Assembly: GCA_963705165.1 (NCBI GenBank)
Contig: CAVPJD010000020.1
Location: 12,155 to 76,154 of the forward strand
DNA length: 64,000 nucleotides
Origin: an uncultured delta proteobacterium
Lineage (GTDB): Bacteria > Desulfobacterota > Syntrophia > Syntrophales > UBA2192
Direction: 5' to 3'
Part shown: positions 23,217 to 31,970 of the stretch, in pieces
Numbering within the stretch: the stretch's first letter is position 1
Layout: every line of letters begins with the position of its first letter
Program-made: the position numbers and the translations under genes
Notes under the pieces: generated by a model
What the model was told of the DNA's origin: nothing
The model's input: the letters and a program-made list of their open reading frames with translations, nothing else
Databases searched by the model: none

Positions 23217-24071
23217 TCAGCGACGAAGGCGGGCGATGGCCTTGGCGGCCAGGCCGAGATCGGCGCTTTTCTTGTAGAGGACCCCCAGGTACGGCACCTC
23301 GCCGCGCTGCAGGACGGCCGGCCTGAAGTCGGGGTCGCTCTTCAGGGCGCGGATCCAGTTGATGAGCTCCCGCGTGGCGGGCTTCTTCTCGATGCCCCCG
23401 ATATCGCGGAGCCCATAAAAGGACTGCAGGCAGGCCGTGGCCATCTCGTCGCTGAGCTGCGGGAAGTGCACCCCCACGATCTTGCGCATCGTTTCCGGCT
23501 CCGGGAAGGCGATGTGGTGGAAGTTGCAGCGCCCCAGGAAGGGGTCCGAGAGATCCTTCTTGGCGTTCGAGGTGATGACGACAACGGGGCGGTTTATGGC
23601 CTTCACGGTCTTGTCGATCTCGATGATGTCGAAGGACATCTGGTCGAGCACGTCGAGCATGTCGTCCTGGAAGTCCGTGTCGGCCTTGTCGATCTCGTCG
23701 ATGAGGAGCACCGTCTTGGCGTCGGCGACGAAGGACTGGCCGATCTTGCCCATCCGGATGTAGGCCTCGATGTCGCTCACGTTGCGCTTCGAGTCGCCGA
23801 AGCGGCTGTCGTTGAGGCGCGTGAGCGTGTCATACTGATAAAGAGCCTCGACAAGCTTCATGCTCGACTTCACGTTGAGGGTGATGAGCGGGAGGTTGAG
23901 GCTCTCGGCGATGGCGTAGGCGAGCATCGTCTTGCCCGTACCCGGCTCGCCTTTCAGCAGAAGAGGCATCTCCAGGGCGATGGAGATGTTCACGATCTTG
24001 GCCAGTTCCTCGTCGAGGACGTATTTCGAGGCGCCGCGGAATGAGTTGGGTTTCTTTTCCTGTTCTTTCAT
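23217..24071 (-). CDS. MoxR-family AAA+ ATPase (CoxD-like)
   Basis: Walker A GEPGTGKT, Walker B LLIDEIDKAD, ITSN. Confidence 0.92.
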   Translation of the reverse strand: MKEQEKKPNSFRGASKYVLDEELAKIVNISIALEMPLLLKGEPGTGKTMLAYAIAESLNLPLITLNVKSSMKLVEALYQYDTLTRLNDSRFGDSKRNVSDIEAYIRMGKIGQSFVADAKTVLLIDEIDKADTDFQDDMLDVLDQMSFDIIEIDKTVKAINRPVVVITSNAKKDLSDPFLGRCNFHHIAFPEPETMRKIVGVHFPQLSDEMATACLQSFYGLRDIGGIEKKPATRELINWIRALKSDPDFRPAVLQRGEVPYLGVLYKKSADLGLAAKAIARLRR

Positions 24072-24110
24072 CTTTCGCTCCGTTGCAGATTCTCGCTCAG
24101 TGGCAATGCA

Positions 24111-24136
24111 AACCCCCGGGAAGCGATCCCGGGGGT
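24111..24136 (-). terminator. GC hairpin after the oxidoreductase gene
   Basis: ACCCCCGGGA-loop-TCCCGGGGGT with only a short T-run. Confidence 0.45.
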
Positions 24137-24196
24137 GAATGAATCTACTTCAAAATCCAAAAAAATTCCACAGCAATCCATAGGCCTTCATTTACG

Positions 24197-25393
24197 CTAC
24201 GAGAGATCGATCCCTACCTCTTCCAGCTTCTTCTTGACCGATGAGAGTTCCTTGTGTCCCTCGATGGCCGCCAGGATCTCCTTCTCCCCCCGGAGATCCC
24301 CCAGGAGGATCGCCCCGGCGATGGAATTATTCTCGATGACAAGTTTGCGGTAAACGCACTTCTCTTCATCCGACCTGACGATGCACTCGTCGTCGCCCTC
24401 GGCGTCGATGTCCCCCATGGAGATGAGGTCAATGCCCGCCACCTTGAGCCGGTTTGCCTGGAGAGTCCCCTCGTAGAGGGTCCCCTTGCCCGCCATGTTG
24501 GCCCCGGCAGCCCTCCCCTGGGCCATGGCGGCGGGCCAGCTCCCGTAATATCGTCCCCGGTGTTCGATATCGTCGCCGGCGGCAAAAATATCCTCGAGGC
24601 CCGCCTGCAGCCTGTCGTCGACCTTTACGGCTCGGCCGACGGGAAGGCCGATTTGCCGTGCCAGGGTCAGCTCCGGCTCCACCCCGGCCGAAAAAAGGAC
24701 CATGTCCGTATCGAGCCTGTTTCCGCTCTCGAAAATAACGGTCAATCGCCCGTCCGCAGGGACGATCTCCCGGGTCCTCTCGTTGAGCAGAAAGGAAAAA
24801 CCCATCTCCTCCATCCTGTGCTGGAGCAACTGAGCCCCGGCCGGGTCCATCTGACGGGGGAGCATTCGGGGGTTTCTCTCGATGACGGTCACCTTGAGCC
24901 CTCTTTTACGCAGCCCGTTTCCCGCCTCGAGGCCAAGAAGGCCGCCGCCGATGAGGACGGCGGATTTTGCCGACTCGGCGCGCTTCAGGATGGCATCGGC
25001 GTCTTCCAGGGTCCTCAGCGTGAAGACGCCCGGTGCATCGGCGCCCTTGATGTCCGGACGCGAGGCCTTGCCGCCCGTTGCCAGAAGAAGCCGGTCGTAG
25101 GCAAAGGTCCTGCCTTCCTTCGTCGTCACGGTCCGGGCGCCGGGATCGATACAAACGATCTCCGTCGAGAGGTGGACGTCGATGCGGTTCTTCTCGTACC
25201 ACGCCCCGTCGTGCAGAGTGAACGCCTTCAGGACCTTTTCCCCTGCGAGATACTCCGGCAGGGCCGGCCGGTAATAGTAGAAAGCCGCTTCCTTCGTGAA
25301 CATCCGGATCTCCGAATCCGGATCGAGTTTCCGGATCGTCTCGGCAGCCGAATTTCCTGCAACCCCACAACCCACGATGACGTAACGGCTCAT
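24197..25393 (-). CDS. NAD(P)/FAD-dependent oxidoreductase (NirB N-terminal / rubredoxin-reductase-like)
   Basis: Motifs VGCGVAG, YDRLLLATG, IGGGLLGLE and IFAAGD. Confidence 0.9.
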   Translation of the reverse strand: MSRYVIVGCGVAGNSAAETIRKLDPDSEIRMFTKEAAFYYYRPALPEYLAGEKVLKAFTLHDGAWYEKNRIDVHLSTEIVCIDPGARTVTTKEGRTFAYDRLLLATGGKASRPDIKGADAPGVFTLRTLEDADAILKRAESAKSAVLIGGGLLGLEAGNGLRKRGLKVTVIERNPRMLPRQMDPAGAQLLQHRMEEMGFSFLLNERTREIVPADGRLTVIFESGNRLDTDMVLFSAGVEPELTLARQIGLPVGRAVKVDDRLQAGLEDIFAAGDDIEHRGRYYGSWPAAMAQGRAAGANMAGKGTLYEGTLQANRLKVAGIDLISMGDIDAEGDDECIVRSDEEKCVYRKLVIENNSIAGAILLGDLRGEKEILAAIEGHKELSSVKKKLEEVGIDLS

Positions 25394-25475
25394 GCCTCTT
25401 TCCCCTTTTACTATGGGCACTTGGAGATTAGTAATTACTGTACACTTCATGACAAAGGCCGTCAAGCTGCAATGC

Positions 25476-25535
25476 CTTGTCCGTATTGGTAGGAATTAGT
25501 TATTTTTTGTTGCTCTTTGTCATTCGGTTTACTAT
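25476..25535 (+). promoter_or_regulatory. Five 10-bp-phased direct repeats overlapping a putative promoter
   Basis: CTTGT, TTGGT, TTAGT, TTTGT, TTTGT ending at 25480/25490/25500/25510/25520; TTGTTG (25507) - 17 bp - TACTAT (25530). Confidence 0.6.
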
Positions 25536-25557
25536 GATTCCTGCTCCGGAGGGTGTC

Positions 25558-26475
25558 ATGTCCGAAGAGATGATGAACACGAAGGGCGTGGCTGCCTATC
25601 TCGGGATCAACGAGAAGCAGGTCTACGCCCTGATCAAGGCTGGAAGGATACCGGGAACGCGGCTTACGGGAAAGTGGGTTTTCCCGAAAAAGCTCATCGA
25701 CGAGTGGATCGAAACCGGCGCCCGGAGCGGGCTCAAAGAGGCAAGAGAGAAGAGCCGCGGCATGGAAGGGGCGCTCCTGGCATCGGGGAGCAATGACCCG
25801 GTCCTCGATTTCCTGCTCACCGGGATGAGGCATACGCACCCGGAATTTTATTTCTTCTGTGCCAACACGGGAAGCACCGAGGGGCTGAAGGCACTCAGCG
25901 GCGGGTACACCGACATTGCCTGGACCCATCTCTTCGACCAGGAGAGCGGCCGTTATAACGTCCCCTTCCTTCCGAAATATCTGCCCGACATGAAAACCGT
26001 GCTGGTGCACCTCTTTCGCAGGGAGATCGGCATCGTCGCGGCACCCGGCAACCCCCTGGGAATCGCCGGCATCGAGGACATCGCGGGGGAAAAAGTCCGT
26101 TTCGTCAACCGCCAGGAAGGTTCGGGCACGAGAGTGCTCCTGGATTACCATCTGAAAAACTCCGGCATCCCGGCCGAGGCGATCAACGGATACGACCGGC
26201 AGGTCTACACCCACGTCGAGGTGGGGCTGTCGATTCTCTCCGGCGAGGCCGATGCGGGAATCGCCACGGTGGCCGTCTCGAGGCTCATGGGACTTCATTT
26301 CGTCCCCGTCACGCGGGAAAACTTCGACATGGCACTGGGACAGTCCACCTATTTCAGCAAAGGCATCCAGGCCCTCATGGAAGTTTTAAGGACTCCCGGT
26401 TTCCGAGAACGTTTCGAACGTCTCGGCGGCTACGGTTTCGAGGATGCGGGGAAAATCCTTTACTCAAACATCTGA
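25558..26475 (+). CDS. Transcriptional regulator: excisionase-like HTH fused to molybdate/tungstate-binding PBP domain
   Basis: N-terminal VAAYLGINEKQVYALI..IP..GKW.FP; PBP motifs GSNDP, GSTEGL, VNRQEGSGTR and ADAGI. Confidence 0.9.
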   Translation: MSEEMMNTKGVAAYLGINEKQVYALIKAGRIPGTRLTGKWVFPKKLIDEWIETGARSGLKEAREKSRGMEGALLASGSNDPVLDFLLTGMRHTHPEFYFFCANTGSTEGLKALSGGYTDIAWTHLFDQESGRYNVPFLPKYLPDMKTVLVHLFRREIGIVAAPGNPLGIAGIEDIAGEKVRFVNRQEGSGTRVLLDYHLKNSGIPAEAINGYDRQVYTHVEVGLSILSGEADAGIATVAVSRLMGLHFVPVTRENFDMALGQSTYFSKGIQALMEVLRTPGFRERFERLGGYGFEDAGKILYSNI

Positions 26476-26487
26476 AGGAGGAGAAAC

Positions 26488-27345
26488 ATGAAAAAGTGGC
26501 TGTTGCCGGTGCTGTTGAGCTTCCTGCTCCTCGTGCCCGGTCTTTGCTGGGCACAGAAGGGCGGTTTTGTCTTCATGGCAAGCACGATCGGCCCCATCGA
26601 CTCGGGGATCGTGGGGGCCCTGGAGGATCAATTCGAGAAAGACACTGGCATCCGGGTACGCCACGTCGGCGCCGGCACCGGCGCCGCCCTGAAGATCGCC
26701 GAGCAGGGAAACGTCGATCTCGTCATGGCCCACGCCAAATCCCTGGAGGAGAAATTCATCGCCGAGGGCTACGGAACCGAGCGGATCCCCATGATGTACA
26801 ACGACTTTGTCATCCTGGGCCCCGCGGCCGATCCCGCCGGGATCAAGGGAATGAAGACGGGGGCAGAGGCCCTGAAGGCCATCGCCGCAAAGCAGGCCCT
26901 CTTCATCACCCGCGGTGACAAGTCGGGAACCCACGTGGCCGAGATGGATATCTGGGCAAAGGCCGGTATCAAGCCCGCCGGCCCCTGGTACGTCACTTAC
27001 GAGAAGGGCGCCGAAGGAAATGCCCCCACGACCCGATTTGCCGATTCGAAAGGGGCCTATGTCTTCATGGATCGGGCGACCTACCTGGCGCTCAAAAAGG
27101 AGATCAAGCTTGTCATCCTTGTGGAGAGGGACGAGGCCCTGCTGAACTACATATCGCTCATCCCCGTGAACCCGAAGAAGTTCCCCCGCGTGAACCACGC
27201 CGACACGATGACGTTCGTGAAATGGCTCACCGACCCCGCGAAGGGGCAGAAGCTCATAGCGGATTTCGGCAAAGACAAATACGGCGCCCCCCTCTTCTTC
27301 GCCAACTCGAGGGAGTGGCAGGCCGCGCAGAAGAAAACGAAGTGA
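26488..27345 (+). CDS. TupA-family oxyanion-binding protein, variant motif (STIG instead of TTTS)
   Basis: Signal peptide; motifs ASTIGPIDSG, MYNDF, RGDKSGTH and DRATY. Confidence 0.85.
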   Translation: MKKWLLPVLLSFLLLVPGLCWAQKGGFVFMASTIGPIDSGIVGALEDQFEKDTGIRVRHVGAGTGAALKIAEQGNVDLVMAHAKSLEEKFIAEGYGTERIPMMYNDFVILGPAADPAGIKGMKTGAEALKAIAAKQALFITRGDKSGTHVAEMDIWAKAGIKPAGPWYVTYEKGAEGNAPTTRFADSKGAYVFMDRATYLALKKEIKLVILVERDEALLNYISLIPVNPKKFPRVNHADTMTFVKWLTDPAKGQKLIADFGKDKYGAPLFFANSREWQAAQKKTK

Positions 27346-27407
27346 GGAAGCGCGGAACAGCGGAAGAGCGGAAAAAGATTTGAAAATTACGCAAAAGGAG
27401 TGACGAT

Positions 27408-28265
27408 ATGAAACGAAAATTCGCCTCAATGATCCTGTTTGTGCTGTTGGCTTCCCTGTTTGTGTTTCCAGCAACGGCGGCGGCCCAGCCGGCCCAGAAA
27501 AACGTCATCCTGGCCACGACGACGAGCACCCAGGACTCGGGACTTCTCGACGTTCTCATCCCCATTTTCGAGAAAAAGACGGGCTATTTCGTGAAGACCA
27601 TCGCAGTGGGCTCCGGCCAGGCCATGGCCATGGGCGCCAAGGGCGAGGCCGACGTGCTGCTCGTCCACTCGCCCGCGGCGGAAAAGAAGTTCATGGCCGA
27701 CGGCAACGGAGTCGAGCGCAGGCTCGTCATGCACAATGACTTCATCATCGTGGGTCCGCCTTCCGACCCGGCCAAAATCAAGGGCATGAAAAAGGCTTCA
27801 GAGGCTTTCAAGAAGATCGCCGCAACGGGCAGCGTCTTCATGTCCCGCGGCGACAACTCGGGAACCCACGCCAAGGAGAAGGACATCTGGAAGGCCTCCG
27901 GCGTGAAGTTCGAGGGCGAGAAGTGGTACCAGCAGACGGGGCTCGGAATGGGGCAGACACTGGCCGTGGCGGCCGAGAAGAAGGCCTACACGCTGGCCGA
28001 CCGAGGGACATATCTGGCCCTGAAGAAGAACCTCGGCCTCGACATCCTGGTGGAGGGTGACGGGATCCTGCTCAACATCTACCACGTCATCGAGGTGAAC
28101 CCGAAGAAGTGGCCCAAGGCCAACTTCGCCGGCGCCAAGGCCTTCGCCGATTTCATGGTATCCAAAGAAACGCAGGACATCATCAAGACCTTCGGCGTCG
28201 AAAAGTACGGCTCGCCGCTCTTCTTCCCCGATGCCGGCAAGAAAGAGGAGGCCCTGGGCATCTAA
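27408..28265 (+). CDS. tupA: Tungstate ABC transporter substrate-binding protein
   Basis: Signal peptide; canonical ATTTSTQDSGLL, MHNDF, SRGDNSGTH and DRGTY. Confidence 0.93.
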   Translation: MKRKFASMILFVLLASLFVFPATAAAQPAQKNVILATTTSTQDSGLLDVLIPIFEKKTGYFVKTIAVGSGQAMAMGAKGEADVLLVHSPAAEKKFMADGNGVERRLVMHNDFIIVGPPSDPAKIKGMKKASEAFKKIAATGSVFMSRGDNSGTHAKEKDIWKASGVKFEGEKWYQQTGLGMGQTLAVAAEKKAYTLADRGTYLALKKNLGLDILVEGDGILLNIYHVIEVNPKKWPKANFAGAKAFADFMVSKETQDIIKTFGVEKYGSPLFFPDAGKKEEALGI

Positions 28266-28964
28266 ATGGACATCATCCTTGAAGGCATCCGTCAGGCCTT
28301 CATCCTGCTTATCACCTTCGACGCCGAGGTCCTGGGGATCACATGGTTTTCCCTGAAGGTCTCGGGCACGGCGACATTCATCAGCCTGTTTTTCGGGATG
28401 TCCGTGGGGACCGTGGTGGCCCTCACGCAGTTCCCCGGCCGCAAGTTCGTCGTGAGCCTCATCAACACGGGGATGGCCCTGCCCCCCGTGGTGGTGGGGC
28501 TCTTCGTCACGATCTTTTTGTGGCGAAACGGGCCTCTCGGATTTCTGGAGATCCTCTACACGCCGGCGGCCATGATCCTCGCCCAAGCGATCATCGCCAC
28601 GCCCATCGTCATGGGGATCTCGCTTGCGGCCATGCAGCAGCTGCCCAAGAAGCTGCGGCTGCAGATCCTTGCCCTGGGGGCCACACGGCTGCAGATGGTC
28701 AGGATCCTCATCCGCGAGGCGAGGCTCCCGCTGCTGGCCGCCGTCATGGCGGGCTTCGGCGGCGTCATCTCCGAGGTCGGCGCCTCCATCATGGTGGGCG
28801 GAAACATCAAGGGCTACACCCGCGTCCTCACGACGGCGACGGTCATGGAGACCAGCCGGGGCAACTTCGACATCGCCATCGCCCTGGGCATCATCCTGCT
28901 GCTCTTCGCCTACGCCATCAATCTCGTCCTCACCTATGTCCAGCAGAGGGAGAGGCCGAGATGA
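28266..28964 (+). CDS. tupB: Tungstate ABC transporter permease
   Basis: Motifs LPPVVVGL and ISEVGASIMVGGNIKGYTRVLTTA. Confidence 0.93.
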   Translation: MDIILEGIRQAFILLITFDAEVLGITWFSLKVSGTATFISLFFGMSVGTVVALTQFPGRKFVVSLINTGMALPPVVVGLFVTIFLWRNGPLGFLEILYTPAAMILAQAIIATPIVMGISLAAMQQLPKKLRLQILALGATRLQMVRILIREARLPLLAAVMAGFGGVISEVGASIMVGGNIKGYTRVLTTATVMETSRGNFDIAIALGIILLLFAYAINLVLTYVQQRERPR

Positions 28965-30052
28965 CAAGAATCCTCGAAGCGAAAAACCTGAAGGTGATCC
29001 GCGGGGGAAGCCTGCTGGTCGACGTCTCAGGCATGACAATCTTCGAGGGAGAGACCCTCTCGCTCATCGGCCCCAACGGGGCGGGCAAGACGACGCTCCT
29101 GCAGGCCCTGTCCTACCTGATGAAACCCTCGGCGGGAGAGATCCTCTTCCGGGGGCAGGCGGTGGGTGCGCAGCAGCGCATATTGGAATACCGGCGCAGG
29201 CTCGCCATGGTCTTCCAGGAGCCGCTGCTATTCGACACGACCGTATTCGGCAACGTCGTCTCGGGGCTCAAGATCCGCGGCATTGGCGGCGCCGAGGCCC
29301 GGCGCATGGTGGAAGCACAGCTCGAGCGTTTCGGCATTGCGCACCTCAGCGACCGATCCGCAAAAACGCTCTCCGGCGGGGAGGCCCAGAGGGCGAGCCT
29401 TGCCCGGGCCTTCGCCATCTCGCCGGAGATCCTCTTTCTCGACGAGCCCTTCGCCGCGCTCGACCCGCCAACGCGGGAAGCCATCGTCACGGACCTGGAA
29501 AAAGTCCTCGCCGAGACGAAGATCACCACGGTCATGGCCACCCACGACCGCAACGAGGCCCTGCGCCTCTCGGACCGAATCGCCGTCATGGAAAGGGGCC
29601 GGATCGCCCAGATCGACAGGCCCGCCGTCGTCATGAAGCGGCCCGTCGACGAGTTCGTCGCCTCCTTCGTAGGGACCGAGACGATCCTGGAGGGACGAGT
29701 CGGGGACGTCAACGAAACGTCCCTGATCGTCAACGTGAACGGAGCGGAGATCGAAGTCGTGGGCAGAGGCAAGGCCGGCGAACGGGTGGTTCTCTGCATC
29801 CGCCCCGAAAACGTCACCCTCACCATCCCCGAGGGGAACGTAAAGACCAGCGCCAGAAACGTATTCCGCGGGCGGATCGGCAGGATCGTCCCGCTGGGGC
29901 TCTTCCACAAAGTCGAAATTGCCTGCGGGTTCCCCCTGGTGGCTTACGTGACGACACACGCCCTCGAGGAACTGGCCCTGAGTGTGGGCATGGAGGTGAC
30001 CGCCGCCTTCAAGGCCACGGCCATCCACGTCATCCGAAAGAGCGGCTCATAA
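28961..30052 (+). CDS. tupC: Tungstate ABC transporter ATPase with C-terminal TOBE domain
   Basis: Motifs GPNGAGKT, LSGGE and LDEP; TOBE motif SARN..FKA; ATGA overlap with tupB. Confidence 0.9.
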   Translation: MTRILEAKNLKVIRGGSLLVDVSGMTIFEGETLSLIGPNGAGKTTLLQALSYLMKPSAGEILFRGQAVGAQQRILEYRRRLAMVFQEPLLFDTTVFGNVVSGLKIRGIGGAEARRMVEAQLERFGIAHLSDRSAKTLSGGEAQRASLARAFAISPEILFLDEPFAALDPPTREAIVTDLEKVLAETKITTVMATHDRNEALRLSDRIAVMERGRIAQIDRPAVVMKRPVDEFVASFVGTETILEGRVGDVNETSLIVNVNGAEIEVVGRGKAGERVVLCIRPENVTLTIPEGNVKTSARNVFRGRIGRIVPLGLFHKVEIACGFPLVAYVTTHALEELALSVGMEVTAAFKATAIHVIRKSGS

Positions 30053-30091
30053 ACAAATGCGTGCCTTTATTTGGAGGTCAATCAGAAAACC

Positions 30092-30823
30092 ATGAAAGTA
30101 TATATCGGCTTTGACGACACGGACAACCTGGACGCCGACATCGGCACGGGCAAACTGGCCCGCTGGTTCGAGGCATTGCTTCCAGAGGACTGTCGTCTCC
30201 ACGGTGTCGTGCGGCAGCAGCTTCTCGTCGACGACCGCATCCCCTACACCTCTCACAACAGCTCCGCCTGCCTCATCGTGGAAGTTCCCGACATCGCCCT
30301 GCTGGAGACCATCAGGGAGAGGGCCGTCCGCCACATCGAAAAAGAGTCCCTGACGGGAAGCGACCCGGGGCTTTGCATCGCCTGGGGCGATAACGGGGCC
30401 TTCGAGCCCCTCATGGAGTTCGGCCGCGGCTGCACGGAGCGCGTCGTCACCCAGAAAGATGCCCTGAAGGCAGCCAAAGGCTTCCATCTCTCCGGCCATG
30501 GCGGGACCAACGACGGGATCATCGGGGCGGCAGCCGGCGTGGGGCTCACAGCATCGGGCTGGAGCGGGCGGTTTATCGAATTCGCCCGCCTGAGGGATTT
30601 TCCAAACATCGTCACCGTCGGGCAACTCGAAGAGCGCGGCATTTTCGTAGTCTCCATGGACCGCGACGCCGTCTCCCCGCACCCAGAAGACCGGGTGGAC
30701 ACGAAGGGATGGCTCCGGCCGCGCCTTTTGGGCCACAGGGCGGTCGTTCCCGTGCTACCTTCCGGCAAGGGTTTGTGGTACACTCTCTGGGAAAAGCGCA
30801 ACAAAAAATCCCATGGGAGGTAA
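30092..30823 (+). CDS. Protein resembling the N-terminal catalytic region of TiaS (agmatinylcytidine synthase), without tRNA-binding domains
   Basis: IGFDDTD, IPYTSHNSSA, SDPG and DGIIGAAAG parallel TiaS motifs; only 243 aa. Confidence 0.65.
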   Translation: MKVYIGFDDTDNLDADIGTGKLARWFEALLPEDCRLHGVVRQQLLVDDRIPYTSHNSSACLIVEVPDIALLETIRERAVRHIEKESLTGSDPGLCIAWGDNGAFEPLMEFGRGCTERVVTQKDALKAAKGFHLSGHGGTNDGIIGAAAGVGLTASGWSGRFIEFARLRDFPNIVTVGQLEERGIFVVSMDRDAVSPHPEDRVDTKGWLRPRLLGHRAVVPVLPSGKGLWYTLWEKRNKKSHGR

Positions 30824-30828
30824 CGATC

Positions 30829-31077
30829 ATGCCAGGAAAAATATTCTACCGTGAGCGCGGAAAGATCGGCGAGGGGGAGAAAAAGCCCCGGTTCAAGATC
30901 GTAGCAGTCTCGGGGGTGGAGATCGATTTTTACTCCTACCATCTTCGGAAGAAGGAGCTGGAGCAGATCGCCAAGGCGGTCGGGGCCAAGCTCGTCCTGA
31001 TGGAGAGGGGCACAAAGGGCAGCGAAGACGAGGTGGAAGTGGGTGAACAGACAAAAAGCAGAAAGTCAAAAAAGTAG
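30829..31077 (+). CDS. 82-aa conserved hypothetical protein
   Basis: GGAGG SD; starts 5 nt after the upstream stop; host-like codon usage. Confidence 0.75.
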   Translation: MPGKIFYRERGKIGEGEKKPRFKIVAVSGVEIDFYSYHLRKKELEQIAKAVGAKLVLMERGTKGSEDEVEVGEQTKSRKSKK

Positions 31078-31142
31078 CAGAGCAGGCCGGACTTTCAGGC
31101 TCACCCGCGGCAAGTAAACCCTAATAAACCAGTGGAGGCAGC

Positions 31143-31970
31143 ATGGCGCTAATCCGGGAGCGCGACGGGAAACGTCTGCACGTCAAGAGCAAGCTCATGG
31201 GGGAGAGTCTCGTCAGCCAGTCCTTCGCCGAGGGCTACGACGTGGCGCCTCAGCAGAGGCTCTTCCCGGACGTGCACGTCCTGAAGATAGGCGGGCAGTC
31301 CATCTGTGACCTCGGCAAGAAGGCCCTGCCGGGTGTCGTAAAAGAGATCGCCGCAAACAAGAAGAAACACAAGATGTTCCTGCTCACAGGCGGGGGGACA
31401 AGGAGCCGTCACATCTATGCCATCGGCCTCGAGTTGGGGATGCCCACGGGGATCATCTCCAAGTTCGGCAGCTCCATCTCCGAGCAAAACGCGCTGCTGG
31501 TGGCCACGCTGCTTTCTCCCTGGGGCGGCGTAAAGATCGGCCACGACGAAGTCCTGAAGCTCCCGACCTATTTCGCCCAGGGATGCATCCCCGTCATGCA
31601 CGGGATGCCCCCTTACGACTACTACGCCCTGCCGTCGCCGAAATGGCGGATCCCCATCCACCGAACCGACGTGGGCACCCTGATCGTGGCGGATCTCATC
31701 GGGGCAAAGAGCTGCATCCTCGTGAAGGACGAGGACGGCCTCTATACGGACAACCCCAAGAAAAACAAGAAAGCGAAATTCATCGCCGAGATCAGCGCCA
31801 GGGAGCTGATCAAAAGAAACCTCGACGATCTCATCATCGAGAGGCCCTGTCTGGAGATCCTCCAGAACAGCGAGGTCCTCGATCGCATCCAGATTATAAA
31901 CGGTCTCAAGAAAGGAAACATCACGAAGGCCCTCAACGGCAAGCACGTCGGGACGATCATTTACAAGTAA
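31143..31970 (+). CDS. Molybdenum storage protein (MoSto) homolog, amino-acid/uridylate kinase fold
   Basis: Motifs KIGGQS, GGGTRSRH, GMPPY, HRTD and VKDEDGLYTDNPK match recalled MoSto motifs rather than PyrH. Confidence 0.85.
   Translation: MALIRERDGKRLHVKSKLMGESLVSQSFAEGYDVAPQQRLFPDVHVLKIGGQSICDLGKKALPGVVKEIAANKKKHKMFLLTGGGTRSRHIYAIGLELGMPTGIISKFGSSISEQNALLVATLLSPWGGVKIGHDEVLKLPTYFAQGCIPVMHGMPPYDYYALPSPKWRIPIHRTDVGTLIVADLIGAKSCILVKDEDGLYTDNPKKNKKAKFIAEISARELIKRNLDDLIIERPCLEILQNSEVLDRIQIINGLKKGNITKALNGKHVGTIIYK

Noticed and set aside
25437..25456. Rex operator upstream of the oxidoreductase
   Set aside because: Too many mismatches to TTGTGAA-N4-TTCACAA.
28343..28960. N-terminal extension of TupC in the ORF track
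   Set aside because: Off-frame read of tupB; the ATGA overlap at 28961 gives a normal start.
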